Of a stretch of 32,000 nt of DNA, positions 21,107-31,838 are shown one piece after another. The stretch comes from a cyanobacterium endosymbiont of Braarudosphaera bigelowii (GTDB taxonomy: Bacteria; Cyanobacteriota; Cyanobacteriia; Cyanobacteriales; Microcystaceae), in the NCBI RefSeq assembly GCF_020885515.1, contig NZ_AP024987.1, positions 810,001-842,000 on the forward strand, written 5' to 3'. The notes beneath the pieces are model-generated. The model had not been told where the DNA came from. It saw only the letters and a list, made by a program, of their open reading frames with translations, and ran no database searches. Every line of letters begins with the position of its first letter. The first letter of the stretch is position 1. A program made the translations under genes and the position numbers.

Positions 21107-22591
21107 ATGATTAAATCTTCTTCTGACAAGACATATGAAGCGGTTATTGGATTAGAAACTCATTGTCAACTAAATACTACCAGTAAAATTTTTTGTGCTT
21201 GTTCAACTGAATTTAGTAGTTCTCCCAATACTAATATTTGTCCAATCTGTTTGGGATATCCTGGGGTTCTACCTGTCCTTAACGAGGAAGTTTTATCTTC
21301 AGCTGTTAAACTGGGTATTGCTTTGAAAGCTAAAATTGCCAATTATAGTAAATTTGATAGAAAGCAATACTTTTATCCTGATCTACCTAAAAACTATCAA
21401 ATTTCTCAGTATGATCTTCCAATTGTTGAAGGAGGTAATTTAGAAATTGAATTAATAAATAAAGCTAATCAAGAAGTTATCCATAAAAGTATTGGAATTA
21501 CAAGATTACACATGGAAGAAGATGCAGGAAAATTAATTCATTGTGGAAGTAATCAATTAACCGGTTCTAGTCATTCTTTGATTGATTTTAATCGTACGGG
21601 GATACCTTTGTTAGAGATTGTCTCTGAACCGGATCTAAGAACTGGCCAAGAGGCAGCAGAATATGCTCAAGAATTACGTCGTTTAGTACGTTATCTGGGA
21701 ATTAGTGATGGTAATATGCAAGAAGGTTCTTTACGTTGTGATGTTAACATTTCCATTCGTCCTTTAGGACAAATAGAATATGGTACAAAAGTAGAAATTA
21801 AGAATATGAACTCTTTTAGTGCAATTCAGAAAGCTATAGAGTATGAAATTAACAGACAGACTGATGTATTAAATAACAATAAAATTATCGCTCAAGAAAC
21901 ACGCTTATGGAATGAGGCTTCACAGGAAACGATAAGCATGAGAAAGAAAGAAGGCTCTAGTGATTATCGTTATTTTCCTGAACCTGATCTTCCTCCAATT
22001 GAAATTGGAAGTGATCAATTAGAAATTTGGAATAAAGAACTTCCTGAACTTCCTGCTTCTAAGCGTCAACGTTATAAAAATATATTTGGCTTATCTTCTT
22101 ATGATGCACGTATTTTAAGTGATGACCGAGATATTGCTGAATATTTCGAAGAAACTGTATCTAATGGTGCGGATGCTAAATTAGTAGCAAATTGGATAAC
22201 ACAAGAAATTGCAGCATACCTTAATAATGAAAAAATAACTATAGCTGAAATTGCTTTAAGACCGAGACATCTTGAAGAATTGGTTCTATTAATTGAGAAA
22301 AAGACTATTAGTGGAAAAATTGCTAAAGAAATTCTCCCCACTCTCTTAAAAGAAGGAGTATCGCCCCAGGATCTTGTTAATAAGCGCGACTTAACTCAAA
22401 TCTCTAACAAAGAAACGATCACAAAAATGATCGATGAAGTTATTAAAGCTAATCCTGCAGAAGTAAGTAAGTACAAAGCAGGGAAAAAGAAATTAAAGGG
22501 CTTTTTTGTAGGACAAGTTATGAAAAAAAGTGGAGGAAGAGTAGATCCTACGTTAACTAATCAATTAGTAGAAAAAAAATTGAATGAATAA
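21107..22591 (+). CDS. gatB: Asp-tRNA(Asn)/Glu-tRNA(Gln) amidotransferase subunit B
   Basis: 494 aa with GLETHCQL, CPICLGYPGVLP, RLHMEEDAGK and a C-terminal YqeY-like tail. Confidence 0.95.
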   Translation: MIKSSSDKTYEAVIGLETHCQLNTTSKIFCACSTEFSSSPNTNICPICLGYPGVLPVLNEEVLSSAVKLGIALKAKIANYSKFDRKQYFYPDLPKNYQISQYDLPIVEGGNLEIELINKANQEVIHKSIGITRLHMEEDAGKLIHCGSNQLTGSSHSLIDFNRTGIPLLEIVSEPDLRTGQEAAEYAQELRRLVRYLGISDGNMQEGSLRCDVNISIRPLGQIEYGTKVEIKNMNSFSAIQKAIEYEINRQTDVLNNNKIIAQETRLWNEASQETISMRKKEGSSDYRYFPEPDLPPIEIGSDQLEIWNKELPELPASKRQRYKNIFGLSSYDARILSDDRDIAEYFEETVSNGADAKLVANWITQEIAAYLNNEKITIAEIALRPRHLEELVLLIEKKTISGKIAKEILPTLLKEGVSPQDLVNKRDLTQISNKETITKMIDEVIKANPAEVSKYKAGKKKLKGFFVGQVMKKSGGRVDPTLTNQLVEKKLNE

Positions 22592-22703
22592 GTAAGAAAA
22601 TTAAGGAATACTTACATATTTTTTACTAAGAAGAACATATACAAAGTTATCTTGATAATTTTTTTCTACTTTTACTTAATTTATATAAATAATATCATTG
22701 ATC

Positions 22704-23498
22704 TTATCCAAATTTTCCACTTATATAATGTTTAGTTGATTCCATTGTGGGATTATTAAATATAATATTAGTTTTATTATATTCAATTAATCGACCAGTT
22801 CTTTTTCCTTTGTCCGTTATTTCTAAGTTGTAGAATGCAGTGAGGTCAGATATTCTTGAAGCTTGATGCATATTATGGGTAACAATAACAATAGTGTGTT
22901 CTTCTTTTAAACTATTAATCAATTCTTCTATTTTTAGAGTAGAAATAGGATCTAAAGCCGCGCATGGTTCATCCATTAAAATAACATCAGGTTTTATAGC
23001 TATAACGCGTGCTATACAGAGTCTTTGTTGCTGACCTCCTGATAAGATTAGTCCGCTTCTATGTAGTTTATCTTTAGTTTCATCCCAAACAGTAGCTTTC
23101 TTAAGGGAAGTCTCTACAAGTTCATCCATATCACCTTTGAATCCATTAATTCTTGCGCCAAAAGCAATATTTTCATAAATAGATTTTGGAAAGGGATTGG
23201 GTCTTTGAAATACCATGCCAATACTAGAGCGTAGGTCTACAGGATTAACTTCTTTGGAATAAATATCTTTACCGTAATAGGTGATTTTACCAGATACTTT
23301 AGCATTTGGGATTAAGTCATTCATACGATTAAAGCATCGTAATACAGTACTTTTGCCACATCCAGAAGGTCCAATAAACGCTACTATCCTACCTTTAGGA
23401 ATAACTAAATCAACTCCTCGAACTACTAAATTGGAGCCATAGAAGACATTAAGGTTTTCTGTTTTTAAAATAGGTTCTATCTTAATATTATTTTTCAT
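22704..23498 (-). CDS. pstB: Phosphate ABC transporter ATP-binding protein, second tandem copy
   Basis: 264 aa with Walker [10 protein letters not shown], signature [13 protein letters not shown], Walker B ILMDEP and H-loop VTHNM. The PstB-specific C-terminus ends ...YISGKFG. Confidence 0.95.
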   Translation of the reverse strand: MKNNIKIEPILKTENLNVFYGSNLVVRGVDLVIPKGRIVAFIGPSGCGKSTVLRCFNRMNDLIPNAKVSGKITYYGKDIYSKEVNPVDLRSSIGMVFQRPNPFPKSIYENIAFGARINGFKGDMDELVETSLKKATVWDETKDKLHRSGLILSGGQQQRLCIARVIAIKPDVILMDEPCAALDPISTLKIEELINSLKEEHTIVIVTHNMHQASRISDLTAFYNLEITDKGKRTGRLIEYNKTNIIFNNPTMESTKHYISGKFG

Positions 23499-23546
23499 AT
23501 TTATATCTTGAACTTTATCTAGCCAATACCAATAAATTAATTAAAA

Positions 23547-24380
23547 TCAACCAAAATGTCCGCTTACATAATTCTTAGTATCCAAATTAGTTGGATTTTC
23601 AAAAATTATTTTCGTATTATTATATTCTGCTAAAAATCCTACTTTTTTTCCTTTTTCATTGGTCTCCGCATTAAAAAACGCTGTATAGTCAGCTATTCTT
23701 TTCGCTTGTTGCATATTATGAGTTACCAAAACAACAGTATAGTTTTGCTTTAACTCGTTTATTAGTTCTTCTATCTTTAAAACTGATATTGGATCTAAAG
23801 CTGAACAAGGTTCATCCATAAGAATAACATCTGGCTTAGCAGCAATTGTACGAGCTATACATAATCTCTGTTGTTGTCCCCCAGACAGAGAAAAGCCACT
23901 TTCTCCTAATTTATCTTTTACCTCATCCCATAGAACTACTTTCTTTAATGAAGTTTCTACTAATTCATCTAAATCTCCTTTAAAATTATGAATTCTAGCT
24001 CCATAAGCTACATTATTATAAATAGTTTTTGGGAAAGGATTGGGCTTTTGAAATACCATACCAATACGTTTTCTTACTTCAATGGGATCAACATTAGAAG
24101 CGTACAAATCTTGCTTACAATATGTAACCTTGCCTTTAAGATAAAAAGAATCAATCAAATCATTAAGTCTATTTAAAGATCTCAATATTGTACTTTTTCC
24201 ACATCCAGAAGGGCCAATTAAGGCAGTAACTCTGTTTTTAGGAATTGTAAAAGTAACGTCACGAATAGCTTTATGTCTTCCGTAATAGACATTAACAGAA
24301 TCTAAAGCAAAAATTGTTTCTAGGGTTTCTAAAGATTTACAATCTTGTGTATATTCCATGGTAGTTTGGTCTTTAAACAA
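23547..24380 (-). CDS. pstB: Phosphate ABC transporter ATP-binding protein, first tandem copy
   Basis: 277 aa with the same PstB motifs as the neighbouring copy ([27 protein letters not shown], ...YVSGHFG). The first codon is TTG with GAGGA 8 nt upstream. An alternative ATG lies at 24359. Confidence 0.93.
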   Translation of the reverse strand: MFKDQTTMEYTQDCKSLETLETIFALDSVNVYYGRHKAIRDVTFTIPKNRVTALIGPSGCGKSTILRSLNRLNDLIDSFYLKGKVTYCKQDLYASNVDPIEVRKRIGMVFQKPNPFPKTIYNNVAYGARIHNFKGDLDELVETSLKKVVLWDEVKDKLGESGFSLSGGQQQRLCIARTIAAKPDVILMDEPCSALDPISVLKIEELINELKQNYTVVLVTHNMQQAKRIADYTAFFNAETNEKGKKVGFLAEYNNTKIIFENPTNLDTKNYVSGHFG

Positions 24381-24414
24381 CTAATTTTTCCTCATTACAC
24401 TGTATTTATCTAAA

Positions 24415-25296
24415 TTAATGAGTTTTTTGGCGGGCAACTAGACGAGATGCAACACTTGTTATTAATACCAAGAAAACCAAAATCAAAGAGGCAGACCAAG
24501 CAAGTTGTTTCTGAGGTGCAAAAGGTACAACCGAAAAGTTATAAATTAATACTGAAAGAGTAGCAATAGGTTCGAAAAGACCTTCTGGGGGGGTACTAGC
24601 CCAAAAGTTTGAATAAAGTGCTGTAAAAAGTAAGGGAGCTGTTTCTCCTGCTGCACGAGCGATCGCTAAGGTAATCCCTGTTACGATAGTGGGAGCTGCA
24701 GCTGGTAAAACTACTCCTAATACTGCCTGATAACTATATGCCCCAATTCCCAAAGCTGCCCAGCGTAAATCCTGTGGAACAATTTTTAAAGCCTCATCAG
24801 TCGTTTTTGTAATAGTAGGCAACATTAGTACAGAAAGTGCAGTTCCTCCAGCAATAGAAGAAAATCCTATAACTTTTGTCGCTATTAGTAATCCATATAC
24901 AAACACTCCAATAAGTATAGAAGGAACTCCACTTAGAACGCTAGCAGCAAATCTAACCCAATAAGCAATTTTATTATCACCACTGAACTCTGCGAGGTAA
25001 ATAGCTGCAAGAATTCCTATAGGAATGGCGATTAAGGAACCAATGCCTACAGTTAACAAAGTACCAACAATGGCATGAGCAACACCACCTTCCGAATACC
25101 CAGGAGGTGGTGAAAGCTGAGTGAAAAGTGGAAAATCAATTCTACGAACACCGCTATAACCTACAAAGAATAATACTGCAAATAACGGTATAATAGTACA
25201 GAACATACATAGAGAAGCAATACCAGTCCAAAAGCTATCCAATAATGAACGGGTATCTACAAGCTTTCTTGTGAGACTTAATTCTTTATCTTCCAT
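24415..25296 (-). CDS. pstA: Phosphate ABC transporter permease PstA
   Basis: 293 aa with six predicted TM segments and the EAA-type loop ITKTTDEALKIVPQDLRWAALGIGA. It sits upstream of the pstB copies. It contains the window's only HIP1 site, GCGATCGC at 24659-24666. Confidence 0.9.
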   Translation of the reverse strand: MEDKELSLTRKLVDTRSLLDSFWTGIASLCMFCTIIPLFAVLFFVGYSGVRRIDFPLFTQLSPPPGYSEGGVAHAIVGTLLTVGIGSLIAIPIGILAAIYLAEFSGDNKIAYWVRFAASVLSGVPSILIGVFVYGLLIATKVIGFSSIAGGTALSVLMLPTITKTTDEALKIVPQDLRWAALGIGAYSYQAVLGVVLPAAAPTIVTGITLAIARAAGETAPLLFTALYSNFWASTPPEGLFEPIATLSVLIYNFSVVPFAPQKQLAWSASLILVFLVLITSVASRLVARQKTH

Positions 25297-25584
25297 AGTT
25301 AAATAATATTTAGTAATTGTTTATAAACTTTTAAATAGAACAAAAAGTTTACAAACATGAGGAAAAAGAAATTGTTTTGGAATTATTTTTATAAAAAATG
25401 ATAAATAACCTCATTCTAAAAGTTAGTTTAAATTGGATAGTAGACCAAAGTTGAAATATCTTTCTAGATAAAAGATCCCATAAATTATTATCTCATAAAC
25501 TATTAACTAACAAATGACCATAAATTTATTTTAAAAAATTCTTTAATTTTTTTATTACTTAGTCTTTGCCCTTATGAGAGTTGA

Positions 25585-26544
25585 TTATTTAATACGAGCT
25601 TTATCAACAATAAAACCAGCAATTATATTTATAATAAATGTTAAAAATAATAATACTAAACCTGCATACATTAATGCCGAGACTTGCATTCCTGAAGCTT
25701 CAGCAAATTGACTAGCAATAAGAGAAGAAATAGTATTAGCAGGTTCTAAAACAGATACACTAATTTTGTTAACATTACCAATAATCATGGTAACAGCCAT
25801 AGTTTCTCCCATCGCCCTACCTAAAGCTAACATAATACCTCCGGCAATGCCAGGAAAGGCGGCGGGAAGAAGAACACGAAAAAGTGTTTCCCAACGAGTC
25901 GCGCCTAAGCCTAAAGAAGCTTGTTTCAGCTCAACAGGAAGAGAGTCTAGAGATTCTCTAGCGATAGCGGTAATAATAGGTACGATCATAATGGCTAAAA
26001 TAATACCTGATGCAAGAAGCCCCGTACCACCTATTGGGGGTCTACTGAAAATCGGTACCCAATACAAAGTGTCATATAGCCATTCAGCCAGAGGATGTAC
26101 TATTGGAGTTAAAACGAAAATTCCCCAGAGCCCATAAACAACGCTAGGGATAGCTGCAAGTAATTCTACTAGAAAAACTAAAGGAACTCTAATTTGAGTA
26201 GGAATAAAATCTTTTCCTAAAAAAATAGCTGTTCCTATACCTAAAGGAGCAGCAAAGAGTAAACCAATAGAAGAGCTGGCTACAGTACCATAAACAACAG
26301 GTAGTGCACCATAGTTTTCACGCCCAATAACTGGATTCCAAGACATACTGAAAATGAAGCCCAACCCATATTCTAAAATAGCTGGCCATGCACGCCAGAT
26401 AATAACACCAAAGATGGCAACTAATATCGAGCTAATTCCGATAGCAAGTCCTAGAGTTAGTATCCCAAACCACTTATCAATGGTTTTCTCGAAAGTAGAA
26501 CGAGATCCTAATCCTGTTTGTCGTCTAGAAAATAGTCGGGTCAC
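25585..26544 (-). CDS. pstC: Phosphate ABC transporter permease PstC
   Basis: 319 aa polytopic permease with IARESLDSLPVELKQASLGLGATRWE, positioned after pstS. The start codon is GTG. Confidence 0.9.
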   Translation of the reverse strand: MTRLFSRRQTGLGSRSTFEKTIDKWFGILTLGLAIGISSILVAIFGVIIWRAWPAILEYGLGFIFSMSWNPVIGRENYGALPVVYGTVASSSIGLLFAAPLGIGTAIFLGKDFIPTQIRVPLVFLVELLAAIPSVVYGLWGIFVLTPIVHPLAEWLYDTLYWVPIFSRPPIGGTGLLASGIILAIMIVPIITAIARESLDSLPVELKQASLGLGATRWETLFRVLLPAAFPGIAGGIMLALGRAMGETMAVTMIIGNVNKISVSVLEPANTISSLIASQFAEASGMQVSALMYAGLVLLFLTFIINIIAGFIVDKARIK

Positions 26545-26692
26545 AATAAACCTAGTAATTTTTGTTCTTTAAAAAACAACAATGAAAAAAGAAGAGATTA
26601 GAAGAGAATCTATAATTTAAATTTCACTGAAATCCAGAATTTTATGGTAACAAATACTCATCAATCACGAAATCAAAGCTAGGACTCTCAGA

Positions 26693-27850
26693 TTATTGCT
26701 TAGTTTGATTAAACTCAGTAAGATTAATATCATAATCAGGACTAATAGTGTCAGCTACTAGTGCCACTTTCTCTCTGACACTAAGTGGTAGAGTTATATA
26801 GCCCAAAGCTTTACTTTGATTCTGCCCTTCAGTTAAAGCGTACTCGATCATGGTCTCCATGGCAATTGCTTTTTTAGGTTCATCGTAACTTTTATAAGCT
26901 AGAATCCAAGTGTAAGTGACAATGGGATAAGAATCTTTTCCTTGAGGGTCTGTGATAAAAGCACGTAGATTATCTGGCAGTGCAACTGCTTCAAGAGTTT
27001 TAGAAGCAGTTTCGCTGTTAGCTTCAATATAATTACCCGCAGCATTTTCTAGCAAAGCAGTAGGTAGCTGACTGTTCTTAGCATAACCATACTCTATGTA
27101 ACCAATAGCTCCCTTATTTTGCTGAATTAGAGCAGTCACTCCTGCATTTCTTTTTCCTCCAATAAATTTTCCTGTAGTAATTGGCCATTCAACACTTCTA
27201 CCTTGGCCAATATCAGTTTCCCATTGTTGACTAATAGTGCTGAGGTGCTTTGTAAATACCCCTGTAGTACCACTACCATCAGAACGATGAACAACAGTTA
27301 TAGGTAAATTAGGTAATTGTTGATTTGGATTTAACTCAGAAATTTTAGGATCATCCCAATAAGTTATCTTTCCACTAAAAATATCTACATAAGCCTCTCT
27401 TGATAATTTTAGTTCAGTAATACCTGGAACATTATAAGCAATTACAATGCTGCCAGCAGTTATAGGAAGCATGTGAACACCTTTATCTACTCTACTAATT
27501 TCTGCATCTTCCATAGCGACATCACTGGCTCCAAAATCCACTATTCCCATAGTGAATTGTCTTACACCAGTTCCACTGCCCATAGACTGGTAATCAATTT
27601 GCAAATTAGGTATGGATTGATGAATTTGTGCGAACCAATTTTGATATAGAGGTGCAGGGAATGATCCACCTGTTCCAATTAAGGAAACATTTTCTTCTAT
27701 TGGAAATTTTGATGCTATATCTATCTGGGGATTGGATTCAATTGTTTTAACATTAGAAGGATTACCGCCACAAGCCTCTAGAGTTGCAACTACAGTTATA
27801 ATCGATAATGAGGTTATTGCCTGTTTAATTGATTTTCCAGTTTTAAACAT
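26693..27850 (-). CDS. pstS: Phosphate-binding protein PstS (probable lipoprotein)
   Basis: 385 aa with a signal peptide ending ...ATLEAC-GG, then SMGSGTGVRQF and HRSDGSGTT phosphate-binding motifs. Confidence 0.9.
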   Translation of the reverse strand: MFKTGKSIKQAITSLSIITVVATLEACGGNPSNVKTIESNPQIDIASKFPIEENVSLIGTGGSFPAPLYQNWFAQIHQSIPNLQIDYQSMGSGTGVRQFTMGIVDFGASDVAMEDAEISRVDKGVHMLPITAGSIVIAYNVPGITELKLSREAYVDIFSGKITYWDDPKISELNPNQQLPNLPITVVHRSDGSGTTGVFTKHLSTISQQWETDIGQGRSVEWPITTGKFIGGKRNAGVTALIQQNKGAIGYIEYGYAKNSQLPTALLENAAGNYIEANSETASKTLEAVALPDNLRAFITDPQGKDSYPIVTYTWILAYKSYDEPKKAIAMETMIEYALTEGQNQSKALGYITLPLSVREKVALVADTISPDYDINLTEFNQTKQ

Positions 27851-28469
27851 AAGAAGTTAATTGATTAAATAATCTAAACAAATATTAGAGCAGAATTGAA
27901 CATCTACAAAAGATATCTTATTAAGAAATTGAAAATAAAATAATATCGGGTAAAACATTAATAATCAATACATAAAGTAAGATTAAGAACTATCTTACTC
28001 GATTGAATAATGAATTTCAAAAAACTTGGGAAATATTAAAACTGTTTTTCTTCAATAAAATAGCATTGTTGATGTTCTGATTTTACAACTACTGTTAGGG
28101 TAATTAGCTTTACTAAATAATACTTATATCGTACTACTTTTCTACAGAACTATCTTTTGAGGCCTTTGATATTTCTAAAAATAACTAATATTTTTTGTGA
28201 GATAAAAAAGTGTTAATAGAAAGCAGAATGATTAATTTATACCTTGAGTTTTCCATAAAATATTTATAAATTAAAAATTGTACAATATTATTCAACCATA
28301 CGATTACTTACATATGATAAACAAATAATAGTGTAATAGGCGGCATTTCTGATAATCTTTTCAAGCAAAATTTTGAAAAAATGATAGATTATAACAGTGC
28401 AGCAACACAAATAAATATCTGTGTTGAAACTTTATAGTATTTATTCTCACATCTTAGTTCTAGCTTTAT

Positions 28470-29267
28470 ATGGTAACTGATGAATTAACTGCAAATTGGC
28501 AATGGAAAATATTAAAAGGTTCGCCTTACTTGACATGTAGTCTTTTGAGCAAATGGACTCACGGTTTTTTTACAAGATCTTTTTATCCTTTATTCCCTGA
28601 AGAAATAGGAAAATTTTTTCATTTAAATATAACCAACTATCAATTAAAACAGGTACATAGTAATCTTATTTTGTCATCTGATGAAATTGATAAATTTTCT
28701 TTTAATAGTAGATTGCTTCTAGGAGATGGGATAATTTCGAATAAGAAAGAACAAGCTCTTTGGGTGGCTAGTGCAGACTGTGTGCCTATTCTGATAGGAG
28801 ATCGTAAAACAGGTTATGTTGCTGTAGTTCATGCTGGATGGAAAGGAACTGCACAACGCGTTGTACCAGAAGCAATCATTCGGTTACAAGCTTGGGGAAG
28901 TTCTATAGAAAACTTGTATGTTGCGATGGGTCCAGCAATTAGTGGACGTGTATATCAGGTTTCTGAGACTGTCGCTACAAAAATACTAATGAGTTTGTTT
29001 AACAATAAAAAAGCATATGATATAAATGATATGCTAGAGTTTTTGCATAACACTCCTAATATTCCTGTTTTTTTTGATCATATAAAAAATAAGTTTTATA
29101 TAAGTATTGCTCAAGTTAATCAGATTCAATTAGAACAACTAGGTGTTCAGAAGAACAAAATATCTATCGCTCCTTATTGTACATATCAATCTTCTTCTAA
29201 TTTTTTTTCTTACAGACGTACTAATGCTAGACGGATTCAATGGTCAGGTATCATATCAGATACATAA
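28470..29267 (+). CDS. pgeF: YfiH/PgeF family protein (DUF152; purine nucleoside phosphorylase / peptidoglycan editing factor)
   Basis: 265 aa with the conserved His/Cys/His triad contexts QVHSN, SADCVPIL and VVHAGWKGT, and a C-terminus ...FFSYRR. Confidence 0.85.
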   Translation: MVTDELTANWQWKILKGSPYLTCSLLSKWTHGFFTRSFYPLFPEEIGKFFHLNITNYQLKQVHSNLILSSDEIDKFSFNSRLLLGDGIISNKKEQALWVASADCVPILIGDRKTGYVAVVHAGWKGTAQRVVPEAIIRLQAWGSSIENLYVAMGPAISGRVYQVSETVATKILMSLFNNKKAYDINDMLEFLHNTPNIPVFFDHIKNKFYISIAQVNQIQLEQLGVQKNKISIAPYCTYQSSSNFFSYRRTNARRIQWSGIISDT

Positions 29268-29853
29268 ATTTTAAAAAAATTATTTTATCTCATTTAATAA
29301 TTATTGCAATATTATTTCCTCATCTTATATTTTATAAGAAAATTATCTTAAGCATAAAGTTAATAACAATAAAAAGTTATCCTTAAGATTTTCAATTTTT
29401 TCATAAAAATAACTTTTGATTTGTACAATTGATATTCTATTTTAAATATTGATAATTAGTTAAGATCTTCCTTTCGACTTGTTTTATAGAGCATTAATCT
29501 TGAACAAAGTCTTTGCTACATATATCTTGAAGTAAGAATTCTCATACTAACTACTTTTTTAGCTTTTCCTATTTACTCTAATGAACTATTTTAAAAGTTG
29601 ATAAGCTATGATTAATGATGTTTATAATCATTAGAAATGCAGAAATTTCTAATACCTAAAACTATGATAGTTTTTATAAGTCTTATTAAGTACGTATCCC
29701 AAGTGATTTTTAGCCAATTAGTTAACGACAAATAAAATGAAAAGGAACCATTGAAATATTGTTAAATATTTAAAAAGGCTTATTTGTAAAAATCTTGAAT
29801 GACTGTACACCTTTTAATTATACTTAGTTATTGAGGTATTTAAATAAGAATTT

Positions 29854-31545
29854 ATGACCGAATCGACCCCTGCCTCGAATGTCCCTAATACTTTAATCGG
29901 ACGTCTTTCTTCAAAAGGGTGGATAGTAGTAGTCATTATGATTGCTGCTTTAATCTCAACTCCTATATTATTTGTATTCAGTAGTATTTTTACTGATGCA
30001 GGAGCTATCTGGCAGCATTTAGCTGATACGGTTTTAACTGACTACATTCTAAATTCTTTATGTTTAATGCTAGGCGTAGGAATTGGAGTATTAATTATTG
30101 GGGTTACAACTGCATGGCTTGTTAGTCTTTGTTATTTTACGGGGTGTGATTGGTTTGAATGGCTTTTATTAATGCCTTTGTCTGCTCCAGCCTATCTTTT
30201 GGCTTATACTTACACCGATATGTTGGATTACTATGGTCCTGTACAAATAGCTCTTAGAAATTGGTTTGGATGGCAAGACTTTAACGATTACTGGTTCCCA
30301 AATATCCGCTCACTGTGGGGAGCAGTTATCATGCTAATTCTAGTACTTTATCCTTATGTCTATCTACTAGCAAGAACTGCTTTCTTAGAGCAATCTATTT
30401 GTACGTTAGAAGCTAGTCGTTCTTTAGGTTGCAGTCCATGGCAAAGTTTTTTAAAGGTTACTCTTCCTTTAGCTCGTCCAGCTATTATAGCGGGATTAGC
30501 TTTGTCTTTAATGGAAACATTAAATGATTTTGGGACTGTCCAGTATTTTGGAATTAACACCTTTACCACAGGTATATTTAGTATTTGGTTTGATTTCGGA
30601 GAGAGACAAGCAGCTGGACAATTAGCTGCTTGTCTAATGTTATTCATTTTTTGTTTAATTATTTTAGAACTATGGTCTCGCCGGAAGATCCGTTATTATC
30701 AGAATAGTAGTGCTCGTATAAGATTACCTCGCTATCAGTTAAAATCATGGCGAGGTTTAATTGCTTGGCTAGTTTGCTTTTTGCCTTTTCTAGGGGGATT
30801 TCTCATACCTGCTATCTACCTAACTAAGTTAGTTATTGTTAATTTTACTACTGCCTTTGCCAATAATTTTTGGGGTCTAGCTAGTCATAGTTTGACTGTT
30901 GCTTTTATAAGCTCAATTCTCTCTGCTACCTTAGCTTTAGTTATGGCTTATGGACAACGTTCAGAAAATAATTTTCTTACCAATACATCTATTAAAGTTG
31001 CGGCCCTTGGATACGCTATTCCAGGATCAGTTATCGCAGTAGGAATACTAATTCCTTTAGGACGTTTAGATAATATGATCACTAACTTTATTGGACAAAT
31101 TTTTGAGATAAAAGTTGGTCTCTTAATTAGCGGTACAATAATAGCCTTAATCTATTCTTATCTAGTAAGATTCCTAGCCGTTGCTTTTGGATCGGTTGAT
31201 TCCAGCTTGGGAAAAATAAAACCTAGTCTAGATGATGCTGCTAGGAGTTTAGGATCTACACCTAGAAAAAATTTAATTAAGATTCATACACCTTTAATGA
31301 CTGGCGGGATACTTACAGCAATCATGCTAGTTTTTGTAGATGTAATGAAAGAGCTTCCTGCTACACTAGTCATTCGTCCTTTTAATTTTGATACCTTAGC
31401 AATTAGAGTTTATCAATATGCCTCAGATGAACGGCTTTCGGAAGCTGCTGCACCAGCATTAGCTATTGTTTTAGTTGGTTTAATTCCTGTTATTTTTCTT
31501 AGTTGGCAAATTACCAGATCACGACGTCATCAAGACTCTTTTTAG
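29854..31545 (+). CDS. futB: Iron(III) ABC transporter permease, two-domain FutB/FbpB/HitB type
   Basis: 563 aa duplicated permease with two EAA-type loops (LEASRSLGCSPWQSFLKVTLPLARP and DDAARSLGSTPRKNLIKIHTPLM) and about 12 TM segments. Confidence 0.85.
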   Translation: MTESTPASNVPNTLIGRLSSKGWIVVVIMIAALISTPILFVFSSIFTDAGAIWQHLADTVLTDYILNSLCLMLGVGIGVLIIGVTTAWLVSLCYFTGCDWFEWLLLMPLSAPAYLLAYTYTDMLDYYGPVQIALRNWFGWQDFNDYWFPNIRSLWGAVIMLILVLYPYVYLLARTAFLEQSICTLEASRSLGCSPWQSFLKVTLPLARPAIIAGLALSLMETLNDFGTVQYFGINTFTTGIFSIWFDFGERQAAGQLAACLMLFIFCLIILELWSRRKIRYYQNSSARIRLPRYQLKSWRGLIAWLVCFLPFLGGFLIPAIYLTKLVIVNFTTAFANNFWGLASHSLTVAFISSILSATLALVMAYGQRSENNFLTNTSIKVAALGYAIPGSVIAVGILIPLGRLDNMITNFIGQIFEIKVGLLISGTIIALIYSYLVRFLAVAFGSVDSSLGKIKPSLDDAARSLGSTPRKNLIKIHTPLMTGGILTAIMLVFVDVMKELPATLVIRPFNFDTLAIRVYQYASDERLSEAAAPALAIVLVGLIPVIFLSWQITRSRRHQDSF

Positions 31546-31838
31546 AATTATTAGTGATAAAAACTTTAAATATTTTTTCATAATTAAAATCATGAAAAAA
31601 TATTTTATTTCTGATAAGGGAATTGATATATATTAAATAATTTATAAAAAAACGTTTTAGTCTGGAGTTAGTATTGTTGTTCAGTTATGACATGACATAG
31701 AATTTTTCTCATTATTGGAAAAGATAACTTAAGACGATCAACATTACTTTCTTAAGATGCTATATTCTCTCTAATCTAATTCGGTCAAAGTAATCTACAA
31801 TTAACTACGATCACCATAAAAAACACAGGGTAAATCAT

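Noticed and set aside
22592-22703. Terminator between convergent gatB and pstB
   Set aside because: Only a 5-bp GTAAG/CTTAC stem with a 14-nt loop was found, which is too weak to call.
27851-28060. Pho box (tandem PyTTAAPyPy(T/A) repeats at 11-bp spacing) upstream of pstS
   Set aside because: On the minus strand only isolated octamers fit: CTTAATCT (27980-27987) and CTTAATAA (27918-27925). The positions 11 and 22 bp away do not match. Single hits are expected by chance in AT-rich DNA.
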